Below, piece after piece: positions 46,237 through 56,577 of a stretch of DNA of 64,000 nt. The stretch is taken from contig WRJJ01000002.1 of the NCBI GenBank assembly GCA_009778575.1, positions 1,821 through 65,820 of the forward strand, written 5' to 3'. Numbering within the stretch: the stretch's first letter is position 1; each line of letters starts with the position of its first letter. The position numbers were made by a program, and so were the translations under genes. The notes beneath the pieces are model-generated. The model saw only the letters and a program-made list of their open reading frames with translations. It was not told the DNA's origin and ran no database searches. This stretch comes from Methanomassiliicoccaceae archaeon (GTDB lineage Archaea; Thermoplasmatota; Thermoplasmata; Methanomassiliicoccales; Methanomethylophilaceae).

Positions 46237-47210
46237 TCCTCATCACTCCACAGTCTGATCAAGTTGTTTGTTCCGGCCATGCTTCTGATGTCGACCACGC
46301 CGATGGCGGCTATGACCCTGTTGTCAAGCTCTATCGGCGTTACGATGACCCTTATTCCTTTATACGGCCCGGATATTGCAACTTTCCTTATTGTGGTCCC
46401 TGCATTAATTACTTCTTCTAATACAGCACCTGTATATGCATTGTCGATGACCTTTCCGTTTTCTATCCGTATGCCCAGATTGTCCCTGCTTTTGGCGCAT
46501 ACCGGCAGTCCGCCGATAAGGTCGTGTATGGCAAAGGCAAGAGAAAGGAGTTCGCTGCCCGTACTTCTGTGGGACAGGACGTCGTCCAATTCCCGCCTTA
46601 TCCGCAGCCCGCCCATTAACTCCAGACCCGCGGTCACCGCGCCGAGCTCCGCCTTCTCCCCGCTGGAAGCGGTACCGATGATCATCACATCACCGTCGTT
46701 GATGTCAAAATGCCCCCTCAGGGCATTCTCCACTCTCTGGTCCACTGGGTAATACGATCCGGGGAATATCAGAACGTTATTGGAACAGATAAGGGTCGTC
46801 GCGCCGGTGGCCCCGTTCTTTATTGCGGCATCTCTCTCCTCGCATCCGAATTTGATGCTGCCGGCCATTCCCGGTACCCTGACGGCGCAATCGCTTTTGC
46901 CGATGGTCAGTTCCGGGACGCTTACCGCCTGTATGTCCATCCGTATGGCCCTCCAGATATCCGCGCCTTCTTTGGTAAGGGAGACACCGTTCTTGTTGAT
47001 GGCTATCAACCCGTCCTCCTGAAGCATATTCAGTATGGTCCTCGTACTTCCTTCTCCGATATTGAGCAGAGTGGCCAGGCTTTTCCTGCCGAGCGGATTG
47101 TTCCCTGCAATGCAGTAAAGCGTTTTCCAAACGTGGTAATCTCCGAACTTTGGTATCGGTCCTCCCAGTCTGGAAGCGTTCCGGTATGCCATATTGGATG
47201 TACAATACAT
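46233..47210 (-). CDS. two-domain hypothetical protein with N-terminal winged-helix-like region (DUF4443/DUF2111-like, tentative)
   Basis: 325 aa. The N-terminal LGRKSLATLLNIGEGSTRTILNMLQEDGLIA resembles a wHTH. The family names are from memory only. Confidence 0.45.
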   Translation of the reverse strand: MYCTSNMAYRNASRLGGPIPKFGDYHVWKTLYCIAGNNPLGRKSLATLLNIGEGSTRTILNMLQEDGLIAINKNGVSLTKEGADIWRAIRMDIQAVSVPELTIGKSDCAVRVPGMAGSIKFGCEERDAAIKNGATGATTLICSNNVLIFPGSYYPVDQRVENALRGHFDINDGDVMIIGTASSGEKAELGAVTAGLELMGGLRIRRELDDVLSHRSTGSELLSLAFAIHDLIGGLPVCAKSRDNLGIRIENGKVIDNAYTGAVLEEVINAGTTIRKVAISGPYKGIRVIVTPIELDNRVIAAIGVVDIRSMAGTNNLIRLWSDEE

Positions 47211-47644
47211 CCATCCATAAAAATGTTAGTGTTTTTATGACCACCCATACGGATTGACGGAAATGAACCAGAGCGCGCCGGGAACGAAGTGCATACATTA
47301 TGTGTGCGCAGACGGGTCCTCGAACTGCGACATGATCTGTGACAGTATTTTTGTGGCCGCCTCGAATAATAACAAAATGCATAATGACCCTCGTGCGGGA
47401 TGGTTCGAACAAAAGCAGGGCCGTAAGCGGCAACACGTTTAATACCGCCGGCAAGCATACAATATCAAACAACGGAGGATATGATATGCAAAAGAACGAT
47501 CCTGCTGTAAATAAAACACATGCAGAGCATACGCATTTTCTGGCAGTCTCCCTCCCGATACATGGCGGGCGGTACCGGAAGTACTTTCGGCAAGCCCTCA
47601 TGGTTCATTTTTCGGAAAAAAAGCGCACCGAAGGAGGCGCATAA

Positions 47645-49987
47645 ATGAGATCATACAACAATGGTAAAAACAAAGAACAGAAGGTCCGGCAATTGGTAAT
47701 GGCGGCGGTGCTAATGACGGCATTCCTCCTCGCGGCCGCGGCTTTCGTAAGCGCGCCGTCCGCTTCAGCGGCAGAACCGGATAATCACTTCTATGTCAAT
47801 TCGGGCAATACCCCACAGTGGACAGGTAAAATAAAGATTTACAACGACCCGCAGGCTGCGATATGGGACGCTTCGGCTTGGTCAACCCAAAATGGCGACG
47901 CGCAGGCATACGTCCTTGTGGCGTTCGGCGTGTACAATGCGCCGGCCTTCTCATTCCAGATGCTGGACGGAGTAACGATCATCGGCGGCTTTGCCGGAAC
48001 AGAAGACGGCACAACGCCTACCTACATACAGGACGGAGACCCGCTGAACGCAAATAACACTGTCTTTTCCGGTAATGACGCAGTAAGGGTGTTCTACAAC
48101 AATGGTCTGGGAGCAACCGCCGTGCTTCAGAACGCCGTGATAACGGGCGGCAGCGAGGACGAAGGCGCTGGTATGTACAACAACGGCAGCAGCCCGACGA
48201 TCACCGACTGTGCCTTCACGGGAAACAAGGCCACCGGCGGCACCGCCCAGGGCGGCGGCGCAATGTACAATAACAGCAGCAGCCCGACGATCACTAACTG
48301 CACATTCAAAAGCAACACCGCTGTTGTTGGCGGCGCATACGCCGGCGGCATGTTCAACAACGGCGGCAGCCCGACGATAACAGAATGCGCCTTTATCGAT
48401 AACAAAGCCAGCAATAGCGGCAGCGGCGGCGCAATGTACAATAACAGCAGCAGCCCGACGATCACGAACTGTACCTTCACTGGCAACGAAACCAACCGTG
48501 GCGGTGCGGTCTCCAACACTATCAACAGCAACCCTATCATCGCCGATTGTACCTTTACGGGCAACATAACCAACGGTCTAGGCGGCGCAATGTATAATGG
48601 CGGCAACCCAACCATCACGAACTGCACATTCGAGGACAATGAGGCCTTCCGCGGCGGCGCCATGTGCAACTACGCCAGCAGCCCGATAATCACAAGCTGC
48701 ACTTTCCTGAACAACACCGTCACCGGTGACGGCGGCGCATTATTCAACACCCAAGGCGGCAGCCCGACGATCACGAACTGCACCTTCACGGGCAACGAAG
48801 CCGACGGCCCCGGCGGCGGGATCAGCAACAGCGGTAGCAGCCCGGCTATCTCGAGCAGCATTTTCATGAATAACAAAGCCACCAACGGCGGCGCAATATA
48901 CAACGATGTCAACGGTTTCTCCGGTCCCAGCAACCCGACGGTAACGAACTGCACTTTCATCAAAAACACAGCAACCGGCAGCGGCGGCGGAATGTACAGC
49001 GATATTGGCAGCGCACCCGCGCTCTTCAATTGCATCTTGGTTCTGAATAACTCCGCAGGGAGCAAAGACATCGACATCGGCGGCGGCGCAATATATTCAT
49101 GTATCATTGGATCAACGGCGTATAACAGCACAGGGGCCACAACCCCCGTCACTCCGGCTCCCGCCGCCTCGAACTTCGACGCAGACGGCAGCTTGAGATA
49201 CACCGCGACCTACGCGATCGGAAAGGGCGATTACAATCTGTATGTGCAAGCGATCGCTCCTGTAATCGTTATTATCAACGGAGCGTACGGTACGGCCTTC
49301 ACACCAGACAACATGTGCGACATAAACGGAAACCATGTGGCGTATCCTTCAACGAAAATAGACATAGGCGCATTCAGGTACATCGACGCCGGACAGAACA
49401 ATGGCGCAAAGGACTACTATGTTTCTGCGTCTGCCAATGGCGGAGCATCCATCTCTCCAGAAGGAAAGATAACGGTGGGCGGCGGAACCAACGTCACATT
49501 TAACTTCTCCGCATCCTCGGTGACGGTTGACGGCGCTCCGCTGTCCGCCGCGGATGTGGAAAAAGGATACTACACTTTCCAGAACGTGCTTTCCAACCAC
49601 ACGATCAGCGCGACCGGCGCACCTGCCATCGTACCGCCGGTGAATCTGACCATCACCCAGAAAGGAAGCGGCTACGCCGAATACAGCGTGAACGGTTCTC
49701 CCTTCACTAAGTACACAGGAACGGTCTCCATCCAGGATGGCTCCTCCGTCGTATTGAGGGCAGTGGCCGGTGACGGTAACGAGTTCAAGGAGTGGAAGGA
49801 CGGGAACGCAACATATACGAGTGCGGAGATATCCTTCTCGAATGTCAAAGCGCATCTGAATCTGGATCTGTCCTTCACCGGAGACGATGACAACGGTATC
49901 CAGCTATGGATGATAGGTGCCATTGCGCTGCTGGTGATCCTTTTGATCCTTATTGCGGTCCGGCTCTTAGGAAAAAAGAAGGTCTGA
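47645..49987 (+). CDS. adhesin-like surface protein with parallel beta-helix repeats and a C-terminal TM anchor
   Basis: 780 aa with a signal anchor (LVMAAVLMTAFLLAAAAFVSA). It has about 12 repeats of the SSPTITNCTFTGNxAxxGGAMYN type and a C-terminal helix (LWMIGAIALLVILLILIAV). A strong RBS, GAAGGAGG, precedes it. Confidence 0.82.
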   Translation: MRSYNNGKNKEQKVRQLVMAAVLMTAFLLAAAAFVSAPSASAAEPDNHFYVNSGNTPQWTGKIKIYNDPQAAIWDASAWSTQNGDAQAYVLVAFGVYNAPAFSFQMLDGVTIIGGFAGTEDGTTPTYIQDGDPLNANNTVFSGNDAVRVFYNNGLGATAVLQNAVITGGSEDEGAGMYNNGSSPTITDCAFTGNKATGGTAQGGGAMYNNSSSPTITNCTFKSNTAVVGGAYAGGMFNNGGSPTITECAFIDNKASNSGSGGAMYNNSSSPTITNCTFTGNETNRGGAVSNTINSNPIIADCTFTGNITNGLGGAMYNGGNPTITNCTFEDNEAFRGGAMCNYASSPIITSCTFLNNTVTGDGGALFNTQGGSPTITNCTFTGNEADGPGGGISNSGSSPAISSSIFMNNKATNGGAIYNDVNGFSGPSNPTVTNCTFIKNTATGSGGGMYSDIGSAPALFNCILVLNNSAGSKDIDIGGGAIYSCIIGSTAYNSTGATTPVTPAPAASNFDADGSLRYTATYAIGKGDYNLYVQAIAPVIVIINGAYGTAFTPDNMCDINGNHVAYPSTKIDIGAFRYIDAGQNNGAKDYYVSASANGGASISPEGKITVGGGTNVTFNFSASSVTVDGAPLSAADVEKGYYTFQNVLSNHTISATGAPAIVPPVNLTITQKGSGYAEYSVNGSPFTKYTGTVSIQDGSSVVLRAVAGDGNEFKEWKDGNATYTSAEISFSNVKAHLNLDLSFTGDDDNGIQLWMIGAIALLVILLILIAVRLLGKKKV

Positions 49988-50189
49988 ACAAAAACAACTT
50001 AAAAACCATTTCACTTTCTTTTCCTTTATTAGAAATTGCATTCTGCACTATCAGTTGATCCTTGTTCTCTTTACGGAATCCACATATGCACACAGAAGAT
50101 ATTTTCCTGACCCAAGTACGCCTCTGAAGCGTTCTCTTCCAGTTCAAACAGCGGCCATTCTTTCCTACACTTTATATCTCATGTGAACC

Positions 50190-51785
50190 GTGTCTGTACG
50201 CATGGATGAGTCAGTCGATCTTTTGACCATCGAGAATGTAACCAAGACCTTCAACGGAAGAACGGTCCTTAAAAATGTCAGTGCAAAGATCTCAACGGGG
50301 AAGATCCTGGGACTCATAGGGAAGAGCGCGGCGGGAAAGAGCGTCCTCATCCACATGATCCGCGGCAGCGAAGGATACGGTCCCGACTCCGGCAGATTGC
50401 TGTTCCATGTGAATCATTGCCACAAGTGCGGGAACATGGACCTTCCGTTCCCCGGTGTCCCCTGTTCTAAATGCGGTGCCGAAGCCGGCACCGAAAGCAT
50501 AGATTACTGGGGGCTGAAGGAGTACGATCCCGTCAGGCAGGAGCTCAAAGGGCACATTGCGATAATGATACAGAGGACATTCGCACTTTTCGGAGACAAG
50601 TCCGTAGTGGAGAATATCCTGGAGGCCATAGGCCCGGACGACCCGAAGCGGGTGGACAAAGTGGTCGATCTGCTGGAGTTCGTTAATATGACGCACCGCG
50701 CCACTCATATCGCCAGGGACCTGTCGGGAGGGGAGAAGCAGAGGATAGTGATGGCCAGACAGCTGGCGAAAGAACCGCTGTTCTTCCTGGCGGATGAGCC
50801 TACGGGAACACTGGATCCGCACACATCCGCTCTGATACACAAGAAACTGGTAGAGTACGTCAGAGAGCATAACATCTGCATGGTGCTGGCCTCCCACTGG
50901 CCGGAGGCCGTGGTCGAGATGGCGGACCACGCCATTTGGCTCGATGCGGGGGACGTCATAATGGACGGTAACCCCAAAGAAGTGACGGAAAAATTCATGG
51001 AAGAATACCGCTTCGAAAAAGTGAAAGGAAAAGAGGCGGGAGAGCCCCTCATTGTTCTGGAGAACGCCCAAAAGCATTTCTTCTCCGTATCAAGAGGGGT
51101 CATCAAAGCGGTGGACGGGGTCTCGATCGATATCAAAGAAAGGGAGATATTCGCATTGGTGGGGGTATCCGGCGCAGGCAAGACCACCACGTCAAGAATG
51201 ATAGCCGGAATGACCCCGGCGACCTCCGGCAAGGTCATGATAAGGATAGGGGACGATTGGATAGACATGTCGGAAACGGGCTTCGCAGGCAAGGGGAGAG
51301 CAACGCCCTACATCGGGTTCCTGCACCAGGAGTATACGCTGTACCCCTTCGATACGGTGCTTCAGAACCTTTCCACATCAATAGGGATGAAGATGCCCGC
51401 GGAACTGGCAAAGATGAAGGCCATAAGGGTTCTTTTGAACGTCGGATTCCCGAAAAAGGACATCGATAAGATACTCTATTCGTATCCGGACTCGCTGAGC
51501 GTGGGAGAATGCCAAAGGATAGCTTTTGCACAGGTGCTCATCAAAGAGCCAAGGATAATCATCCTCGACGAGCCAACCGGTACCATGGACCCGATAACGA
51601 AAGTGATAATCGCAAAATCGGTCCTTAAAGCAAGGGACGATCTGGACGAGACATTCGTTGTGGTAAGTCACGATATGGATTTCATACTGAACTGCTGCGA
51701 CCGCGCAGCGTTCATGCAGAACGGCAAGGTGGCCGAGATAGGGCCGCCGGAAAAAATAATAGCAGGGTTCGGCAACCAGCAGTGA
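50190..51785 (+). CDS. atwA: methyl-coenzyme M reductase system component A2 (double ABC ATPase)
   Basis: 531 aa with two ABC cassettes (GKSAAGKS / LSGGEKQR; GVSGAGKT / LSVGECQR) and an inserted Cys4 ribbon (CHKCG...CSKCG), as in A2. The ATG at 50202 is a possible true start. Confidence 0.85.
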   Translation: MSVRMDESVDLLTIENVTKTFNGRTVLKNVSAKISTGKILGLIGKSAAGKSVLIHMIRGSEGYGPDSGRLLFHVNHCHKCGNMDLPFPGVPCSKCGAEAGTESIDYWGLKEYDPVRQELKGHIAIMIQRTFALFGDKSVVENILEAIGPDDPKRVDKVVDLLEFVNMTHRATHIARDLSGGEKQRIVMARQLAKEPLFFLADEPTGTLDPHTSALIHKKLVEYVREHNICMVLASHWPEAVVEMADHAIWLDAGDVIMDGNPKEVTEKFMEEYRFEKVKGKEAGEPLIVLENAQKHFFSVSRGVIKAVDGVSIDIKEREIFALVGVSGAGKTTTSRMIAGMTPATSGKVMIRIGDDWIDMSETGFAGKGRATPYIGFLHQEYTLYPFDTVLQNLSTSIGMKMPAELAKMKAIRVLLNVGFPKKDIDKILYSYPDSLSVGECQRIAFAQVLIKEPRIIILDEPTGTMDPITKVIIAKSVLKARDDLDETFVVVSHDMDFILNCCDRAAFMQNGKVAEIGPPEKIIAGFGNQQ

Positions 51786-51794
51786 GATGGTCCC

Positions 51795-52415
51795 ATGAAG
51801 AATCAGATCGGCAGGCACCTCAGCTTTGTTGAATGCAGAGAGTCCATGGGCCTAGGGGTCGGCGGAGGGCTCGCGCAGAGGGCCACAATATCCGAGAGCG
51901 GTATGGACGTGGTCGTCATCGCGATGGGACCCGGGAGAAGGCATATAACGAAGCCCGTCTGCGAGATAACCTATGCTCTTAGAGAAGAGGGAATAGACAC
52001 GAGCGTCCTTGTGGTAAATGCAGGGCACGGAGTGCCGGCCGACGCGCCGGACATGACCACCACGTCATACTTCGGCCTGGACCCCATCGAGGTAGACAGG
52101 ATACAGCAGTACAAACTGGCAATAATACACCTGGGGAATGTCAGGCAGCATATAATCTACAAAGCGAGACTGATACTAAGGAATGTGGACATCCCGGCAG
52201 TGGTGGTCGCTCAGGCACCGGTCGATTATGAGGACTTTGCGGCCATCGGCGTAAAGACGAAGAGGGTCATGCCTCCCGAAGAGGACATCAAGACGCGCGG
52301 TGAGATAAGAGAGATAGTGACGGGGGTAATCAGAGGGGTGACAGCCCCCCAGGACAAGCTGGATGAGATCGTGTCGAAGGTGCAGATGACGCTGCCGCCC
52401 AAGAGAGGCGATTGA
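51795..52415 (+). CDS. mcrC: methyl-coenzyme M reductase operon protein C
   Basis: 206 aa with [18 protein letters not shown] ... [25 protein letters not shown], matching the McrC N-terminal signature as I recall it. Confidence 0.85.
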   Translation: MKNQIGRHLSFVECRESMGLGVGGGLAQRATISESGMDVVVIAMGPGRRHITKPVCEITYALREEGIDTSVLVVNAGHGVPADAPDMTTTSYFGLDPIEVDRIQQYKLAIIHLGNVRQHIIYKARLILRNVDIPAVVVAQAPVDYEDFAAIGVKTKRVMPPEEDIKTRGEIREIVTGVIRGVTAPQDKLDEIVSKVQMTLPPKRGD

Positions 52416-52416
52416 A

Positions 52417-53928
52417 GTGAAAGTGATCGTGAACGGGAAGGAGAAGACACTCGGGGACGGCGCATCTCTCGGGGACGCCGTGAAAGGCGAAGTTTACGAG
52501 CCCGGAACTCTGATATCCGTCCATCTTTCCACGGAAAGGCAGGTAGAGGAAACGAATGACTTTGAGATGGTCACGTCAAAAGGCACGATGACCCTGCATC
52601 TGGACGACACGGACGGGGCAAAGCTGTGGAAATCCAAGATACAGTCGATAAAAGGATCCACCGTCAGATGGTCCACGAAGGAGATAATAGCATTCGGTGC
52701 GTTCAAAACAGACATACCGGTCGACAGAACGGAAAGACGGTACAGAAAATATGATTGCTTTTTCACGTTGGGAGGTGCCGACAACCATTCAACGTACATC
52801 ATGATAGCAAGGAAGGGCCACGTCAGATCATACGGGGCCGGCATAGACAACATAGGGAGGATAACCCTCGGCAGGCATGTTCTGGAAACAACCTCGGAAG
52901 GGGAGAAACTTCTGGAGATAAGGCCGGTGGTATCGGAGGCCAGCAGCGAGAACATCGTGGTCACGAAAGATCTCGGCTATAAGCTCAAAGAGGGGTACTC
53001 CGTTGATACCAACATTCTGATAAAGCTTGACCCAAGGTCCCCGGCATCCGCGGAGCAGATATTGACGGCGGGGTCCAAAGGCTACCTCAACATAACCGAT
53101 TCCACGGGAACGCTGATAGGCTGCGGCGACGACCTCGACGTGAAGATACCCGCCGAGGGCCACCAGACAAGGGAGAAAGGAAGCGTGGTCGTAAGGAACA
53201 CGGGGCACGGCACCGGCCGCCTGTCGATATACAAAGAAAGGAGGCAGGCAAGCCCGTCGCACAACAATGCGGGTATGGTGGAGAGAGGGGTCGGCATAGT
53301 TTCCAGGGCCGCCGAAGGGGACAGGATCACGATCCTCACGGATCCGCCCAGGGTGCTGTCGGTGGGCATGACCCAGTCTGAGGGCGAGAATTTCCTTTCG
53401 CGTCACGGCTTGAAGCAGAAGAGGTCGGGAGATGTTTCCGACGATGCGGTTATAGTCGACCAGATCCCGGAGGAGACCCTCAAGGCCGCATCAGCGGACG
53501 CCGTGGAAACGATAGGGGTCCCGAAGGACAAGGTGTTCCGGATACAGTTGGACGAATCCCATCATGGCGACGTATACTACTTCAGAAAGGTCACGGGCCT
53601 TTCCCACAAACCGATCGGGTCCCTGAAGACGCAGTTCTCCTTTCCCGGGATGCCTATGATAACTTTCTATGGGGATGAGGAGAGATCGAAGAATCTCTTT
53701 CCTCAGGAACCCTTCAAGAAATGCAAGAAAGGGGATATAGGGGTAACGAACCAGTCAAGGCCCCATCACGGCCTTATAGGGATAAGGCTCGAGGACAGCA
53801 AAGAGTACGGCCCCACCGGCGAAGAGCCGTACGGAACGAATATCATCGGCAGGTTGGTCGATGACCCCAAGAAACTCGGCGAAATAGAGGAAGAAGAGAC
53901 GATCTACGTCATGGAGGAGAGGAAATGA
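52417..53928 (+). CDS. methanogenesis marker protein 3
   Basis: 503 aa. The GTG start lies 1 nt after the mcrC stop. The N-terminus is beta-grasp-like (MKVIVNGKEKTLGDGASLGDAV). Size and cluster position fit marker 3. Confidence 0.7.
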   Translation: MKVIVNGKEKTLGDGASLGDAVKGEVYEPGTLISVHLSTERQVEETNDFEMVTSKGTMTLHLDDTDGAKLWKSKIQSIKGSTVRWSTKEIIAFGAFKTDIPVDRTERRYRKYDCFFTLGGADNHSTYIMIARKGHVRSYGAGIDNIGRITLGRHVLETTSEGEKLLEIRPVVSEASSENIVVTKDLGYKLKEGYSVDTNILIKLDPRSPASAEQILTAGSKGYLNITDSTGTLIGCGDDLDVKIPAEGHQTREKGSVVVRNTGHGTGRLSIYKERRQASPSHNNAGMVERGVGIVSRAAEGDRITILTDPPRVLSVGMTQSEGENFLSRHGLKQKRSGDVSDDAVIVDQIPEETLKAASADAVETIGVPKDKVFRIQLDESHHGDVYYFRKVTGLSHKPIGSLKTQFSFPGMPMITFYGDEERSKNLFPQEPFKKCKKGDIGVTNQSRPHHGLIGIRLEDSKEYGPTGEEPYGTNIIGRLVDDPKKLGEIEEEETIYVMEERK

Positions 53929-54347
53929 GCGAGGAAAGGGAGACCAGGATATTCATGATATCCCCCAATTCAATGATGACCCCGGACCAGTTGGTCAGAG
54001 AGATACATGCGATGGGGAAGGGAGTGACGGCGAAAGAGACCTGCTACGGAACGCTGGTGGAAGGGTCCAGAGAATTGGTCAGGGAAGTGTTGGCGGCCGT
54101 AAGGGAGAAGCACCCCTATGATATCTATTCAAAAGTAAGGGCCTATCCCACCGGGGACCCCAGGAGATGCCGCGCGCAGCACGGAACAAGGCCCGGCTAC
54201 TCCCAGCTGGAGGCCGAATGGGAAGCCCTCCCCCTGATACAGCACGGTATAATCTGCAGCGAGAGAGGAGAGGCATTCGAGACCCCGAAAGAGAAAGACA
54301 AACTTCCTCCGGAAGAATTCAAAAAAATATGTGAGGCATTCCAATGA
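53925..54347 (+). CDS. methanogenesis marker protein 6
   Basis: 140 aa with SPNSMMTPDQLVREI ... KETCYG ... GDPRRCRAQHGTRPGYSQLE, as I recall for marker 6. It has an ATGA overlap with the upstream gene. Confidence 0.65.
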   Translation: MSEERETRIFMISPNSMMTPDQLVREIHAMGKGVTAKETCYGTLVEGSRELVREVLAAVREKHPYDIYSKVRAYPTGDPRRCRAQHGTRPGYSQLEAEWEALPLIQHGIICSERGEAFETPKEKDKLPPEEFKKICEAFQ

Positions 54348-54778
54348 AAATATTCATAGACCCGCCGAACAGCCTGATACTGTTCGACCTGGTAGAAAGA
54401 TTCGGCCACGAGCCGCTAGGCGCGATGGCCCCGATACAAGAAAGGATCGATATGACGGAGATGGACATGCCGCCGATGAACGTCACTCTCGATGATGTGA
54501 TCAAAGGGCTCAAGTATGCCGGAATAGAGGTTCCCTCCGGGATAAGAGGGAGGCTTGCGCTCTGGGGGCCGCTGATAGAGGAGGCGGATGCAGCGATAAT
54601 CATGCTGGACCCGCCCTTCAACTTCGGGTGCGTGGGGTGCGAACGCTCCAATGAGATGGTAAGATACATGATACGCAGGCGCGGGATCCCCTCACTGACC
54701 GTGACGTATCCCGAGGATGAAGAGGAAGCCAAGTCCGTTGTGGGGCAGATAAAAGAATTCCTGGAGGGACTCAAATGA
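54344..54778 (+). CDS. methanogenesis marker protein 5
   Basis: 144 aa with [25 protein letters not shown] ... [11 protein letters not shown], as I recall for marker 5. It has an ATGA overlap with the upstream gene. Confidence 0.65.
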   Translation: MKIFIDPPNSLILFDLVERFGHEPLGAMAPIQERIDMTEMDMPPMNVTLDDVIKGLKYAGIEVPSGIRGRLALWGPLIEEADAAIIMLDPPFNFGCVGCERSNEMVRYMIRRRGIPSLTVTYPEDEEEAKSVVGQIKEFLEGLK

Positions 54779-55995
54779 TAAAGATAGCGCAACTGTCCTG
54801 CGGTACGGAGTACAGCAGCGTTCAGGCCGAGGTCGAGAAGGCGGCGCGTTCGGTGGGGGCCAAGGTAGTGTACCCTGACGTTTCCTACGCCGACGTCAAC
54901 AACGCAGTGAAAAGATTCGGATTCAACCCCAGATCCCCCCAGCTGAAGCTGATGATAGCGAGGGCGGTCCAGCTTGCAGATGAGAAATACGATGCGGACG
55001 CGGTCTTCATCACAACCTGTTTCAGATGCGCCGAGGCGGCCCTTGTCAGGAATGAACTGAGAAGGTTCATCCAGGAGAACACGAGGCTGCCTGTTGTGAC
55101 ATACTCTTTCACTGAGAGGCTCAAGGCGGCGCAGCTTCTCACAAGGATGGAAGCGCTTGTTACCATCGTGACGAGGAAGGACATCCTGGCAAGGGAGAGG
55201 CAGACGGGGCTGACCGCGGGGATCGATTCGGGCTCAAGCACGACGAAGGCCATGATAATGGAGAATAACAAGATAATAGGGAAGGACTGGACCCCGTCGG
55301 GGGATGTGGTCCAATCGGCAACGTCGGTCCTCGAGAACGCGATGAAGGAAGCGGGCGTGGAGTTCAAGCAGATAGAGGCCATGGGCGTAACCGGGTACGG
55401 AAGGTTCACTCTGGGCAGACATTTCAACGCGAAGCTGGTGCAGGAAGAGCTGACGGTCAACTCAAAAGGCGCGGTATGGCTTGCCGATAGGCAGCAGGGC
55501 GAGGCCACCATATTGGACATAGGCGGAATGGACAACAAAGCGATCACCGTAAGGGACGGCGTCCCCGACAACTTCACAATGGGCGGCATATGCGCAGGTG
55601 CATCCGGACGTTTCCTCGAAATGACGTCCAAGAGGCTGAAGATAGACATAGAGGATCTGGGAAGGCTCGCAGACAACGGGGACTGGCGCAACGCAAAGAT
55701 GAACTCATATTGTTCCGTGTTCGGGATCCAGGACCTCGTTACCACCCTCGGCGAGGGCAAGTCCTTCGAGGATGTGGCCGCCGCCGCATGCCACTCGGTC
55801 GCCGAGCAGGTATACGAACAGCAGCTGCAGGAGATAGATGTGCGCCATCCCATCATACAGGTGGGCGGAACATCACTGATATCGGGATTGGTCACGGCGG
55901 TGGGAGAGGTGCTCGGAGAAAGGCCGATAGTTCCCCCCCACTCCCAATACATAGGCGCGCTGGGCGGCGCGCTGCTGAGTTCAGGGTTCCTTTGA
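54775..55995 (+). CDS. methanogenesis marker protein 15 (BadF/BadG/BcrA/BcrD-type ATPase domain)
   Basis: 406 aa with the ASKHA-fold phosphate motif [13 protein letters not shown] and a later GGTS motif. Its size matches marker 15. Confidence 0.78.
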   Translation: MIKIAQLSCGTEYSSVQAEVEKAARSVGAKVVYPDVSYADVNNAVKRFGFNPRSPQLKLMIARAVQLADEKYDADAVFITTCFRCAEAALVRNELRRFIQENTRLPVVTYSFTERLKAAQLLTRMEALVTIVTRKDILARERQTGLTAGIDSGSSTTKAMIMENNKIIGKDWTPSGDVVQSATSVLENAMKEAGVEFKQIEAMGVTGYGRFTLGRHFNAKLVQEELTVNSKGAVWLADRQQGEATILDIGGMDNKAITVRDGVPDNFTMGGICAGASGRFLEMTSKRLKIDIEDLGRLADNGDWRNAKMNSYCSVFGIQDLVTTLGEGKSFEDVAAAACHSVAEQVYEQQLQEIDVRHPIIQVGGTSLISGLVTAVGEVLGERPIVPPHSQYIGALGGALLSSGFL

Positions 55996-56004
55996 GGTGC
56001 GCAG

Positions 56005-56577
56005 ATGGACATCGAGGTGATAACTGAGGACGGATTCGGGGAGGAGTCCTATCGGAACCTGTTCGTGGAGATAATGTCCGATGTCGGAAAAGCTTTCCAA
56101 ATAGACAAGGCCCTGCTGGTACTCAAGCCGGAGGTGCCTCTTTTCATCTTCTCCGTGAGACTGAGGGCCGAGCCGTCAAACAAGACGATAGCGGGGGTTG
56201 CCAGCGTCAGGAAGGAAGGGGATGCGCTCTACATAACCATCACGGATGAGCGGTACGCTCCGGATATACTGAGGGAGTTGTGGGCAAGATACGGCAAAGG
56301 CAGCGTGGAACAGCAGACGAGGTTCGACATCATCGTGAAGGGTGATGTATCGGAGACGGACATGGAATCCGTCATCATCGCTTCCGGCGAAGAATATCTG
56401 AAAGAGATAATAGGGGCCGTCTGGAGGTCCATGCCGGAAGGCATCAAGAACAGACACGCTTTCATCGAGGGGCAAGTTATAACGGTGGTCGCCACCGAAG
56501 AGAGGTTCGAGCGGCATATGCTGGACGAAGGCGAGGGATACCACAAAAAAATGATGGAGGCCGTAAAAGATGTTTGA
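56005..56577 (+). CDS. methanogenesis marker protein 17
   Basis: 190 aa. Size and position between marker 15 and marker 7 fit marker 17. Confidence 0.6.
   Translation: MDIEVITEDGFGEESYRNLFVEIMSDVGKAFQIDKALLVLKPEVPLFIFSVRLRAEPSNKTIAGVASVRKEGDALYITITDERYAPDILRELWARYGKGSVEQQTRFDIIVKGDVSETDMESVIIASGEEYLKEIIGAVWRSMPEGIKNRHAFIEGQVITVVATEERFERHMLDEGEGYHKKMMEAVKDV

Noticed and set aside
47395-47420. GGTTCGAAC tRNA-like T-arm sequence
   Set aside because: No acceptor, D or anticodon stems can be folded around it.
46777-47601. 274-aa minus-strand ORF spanning the 47211-47644 intergenic region
   Set aside because: It overlaps the 325-aa gene out of frame. It is Arg/Cys/His-rich and lacks an RBS. It is likely spurious.
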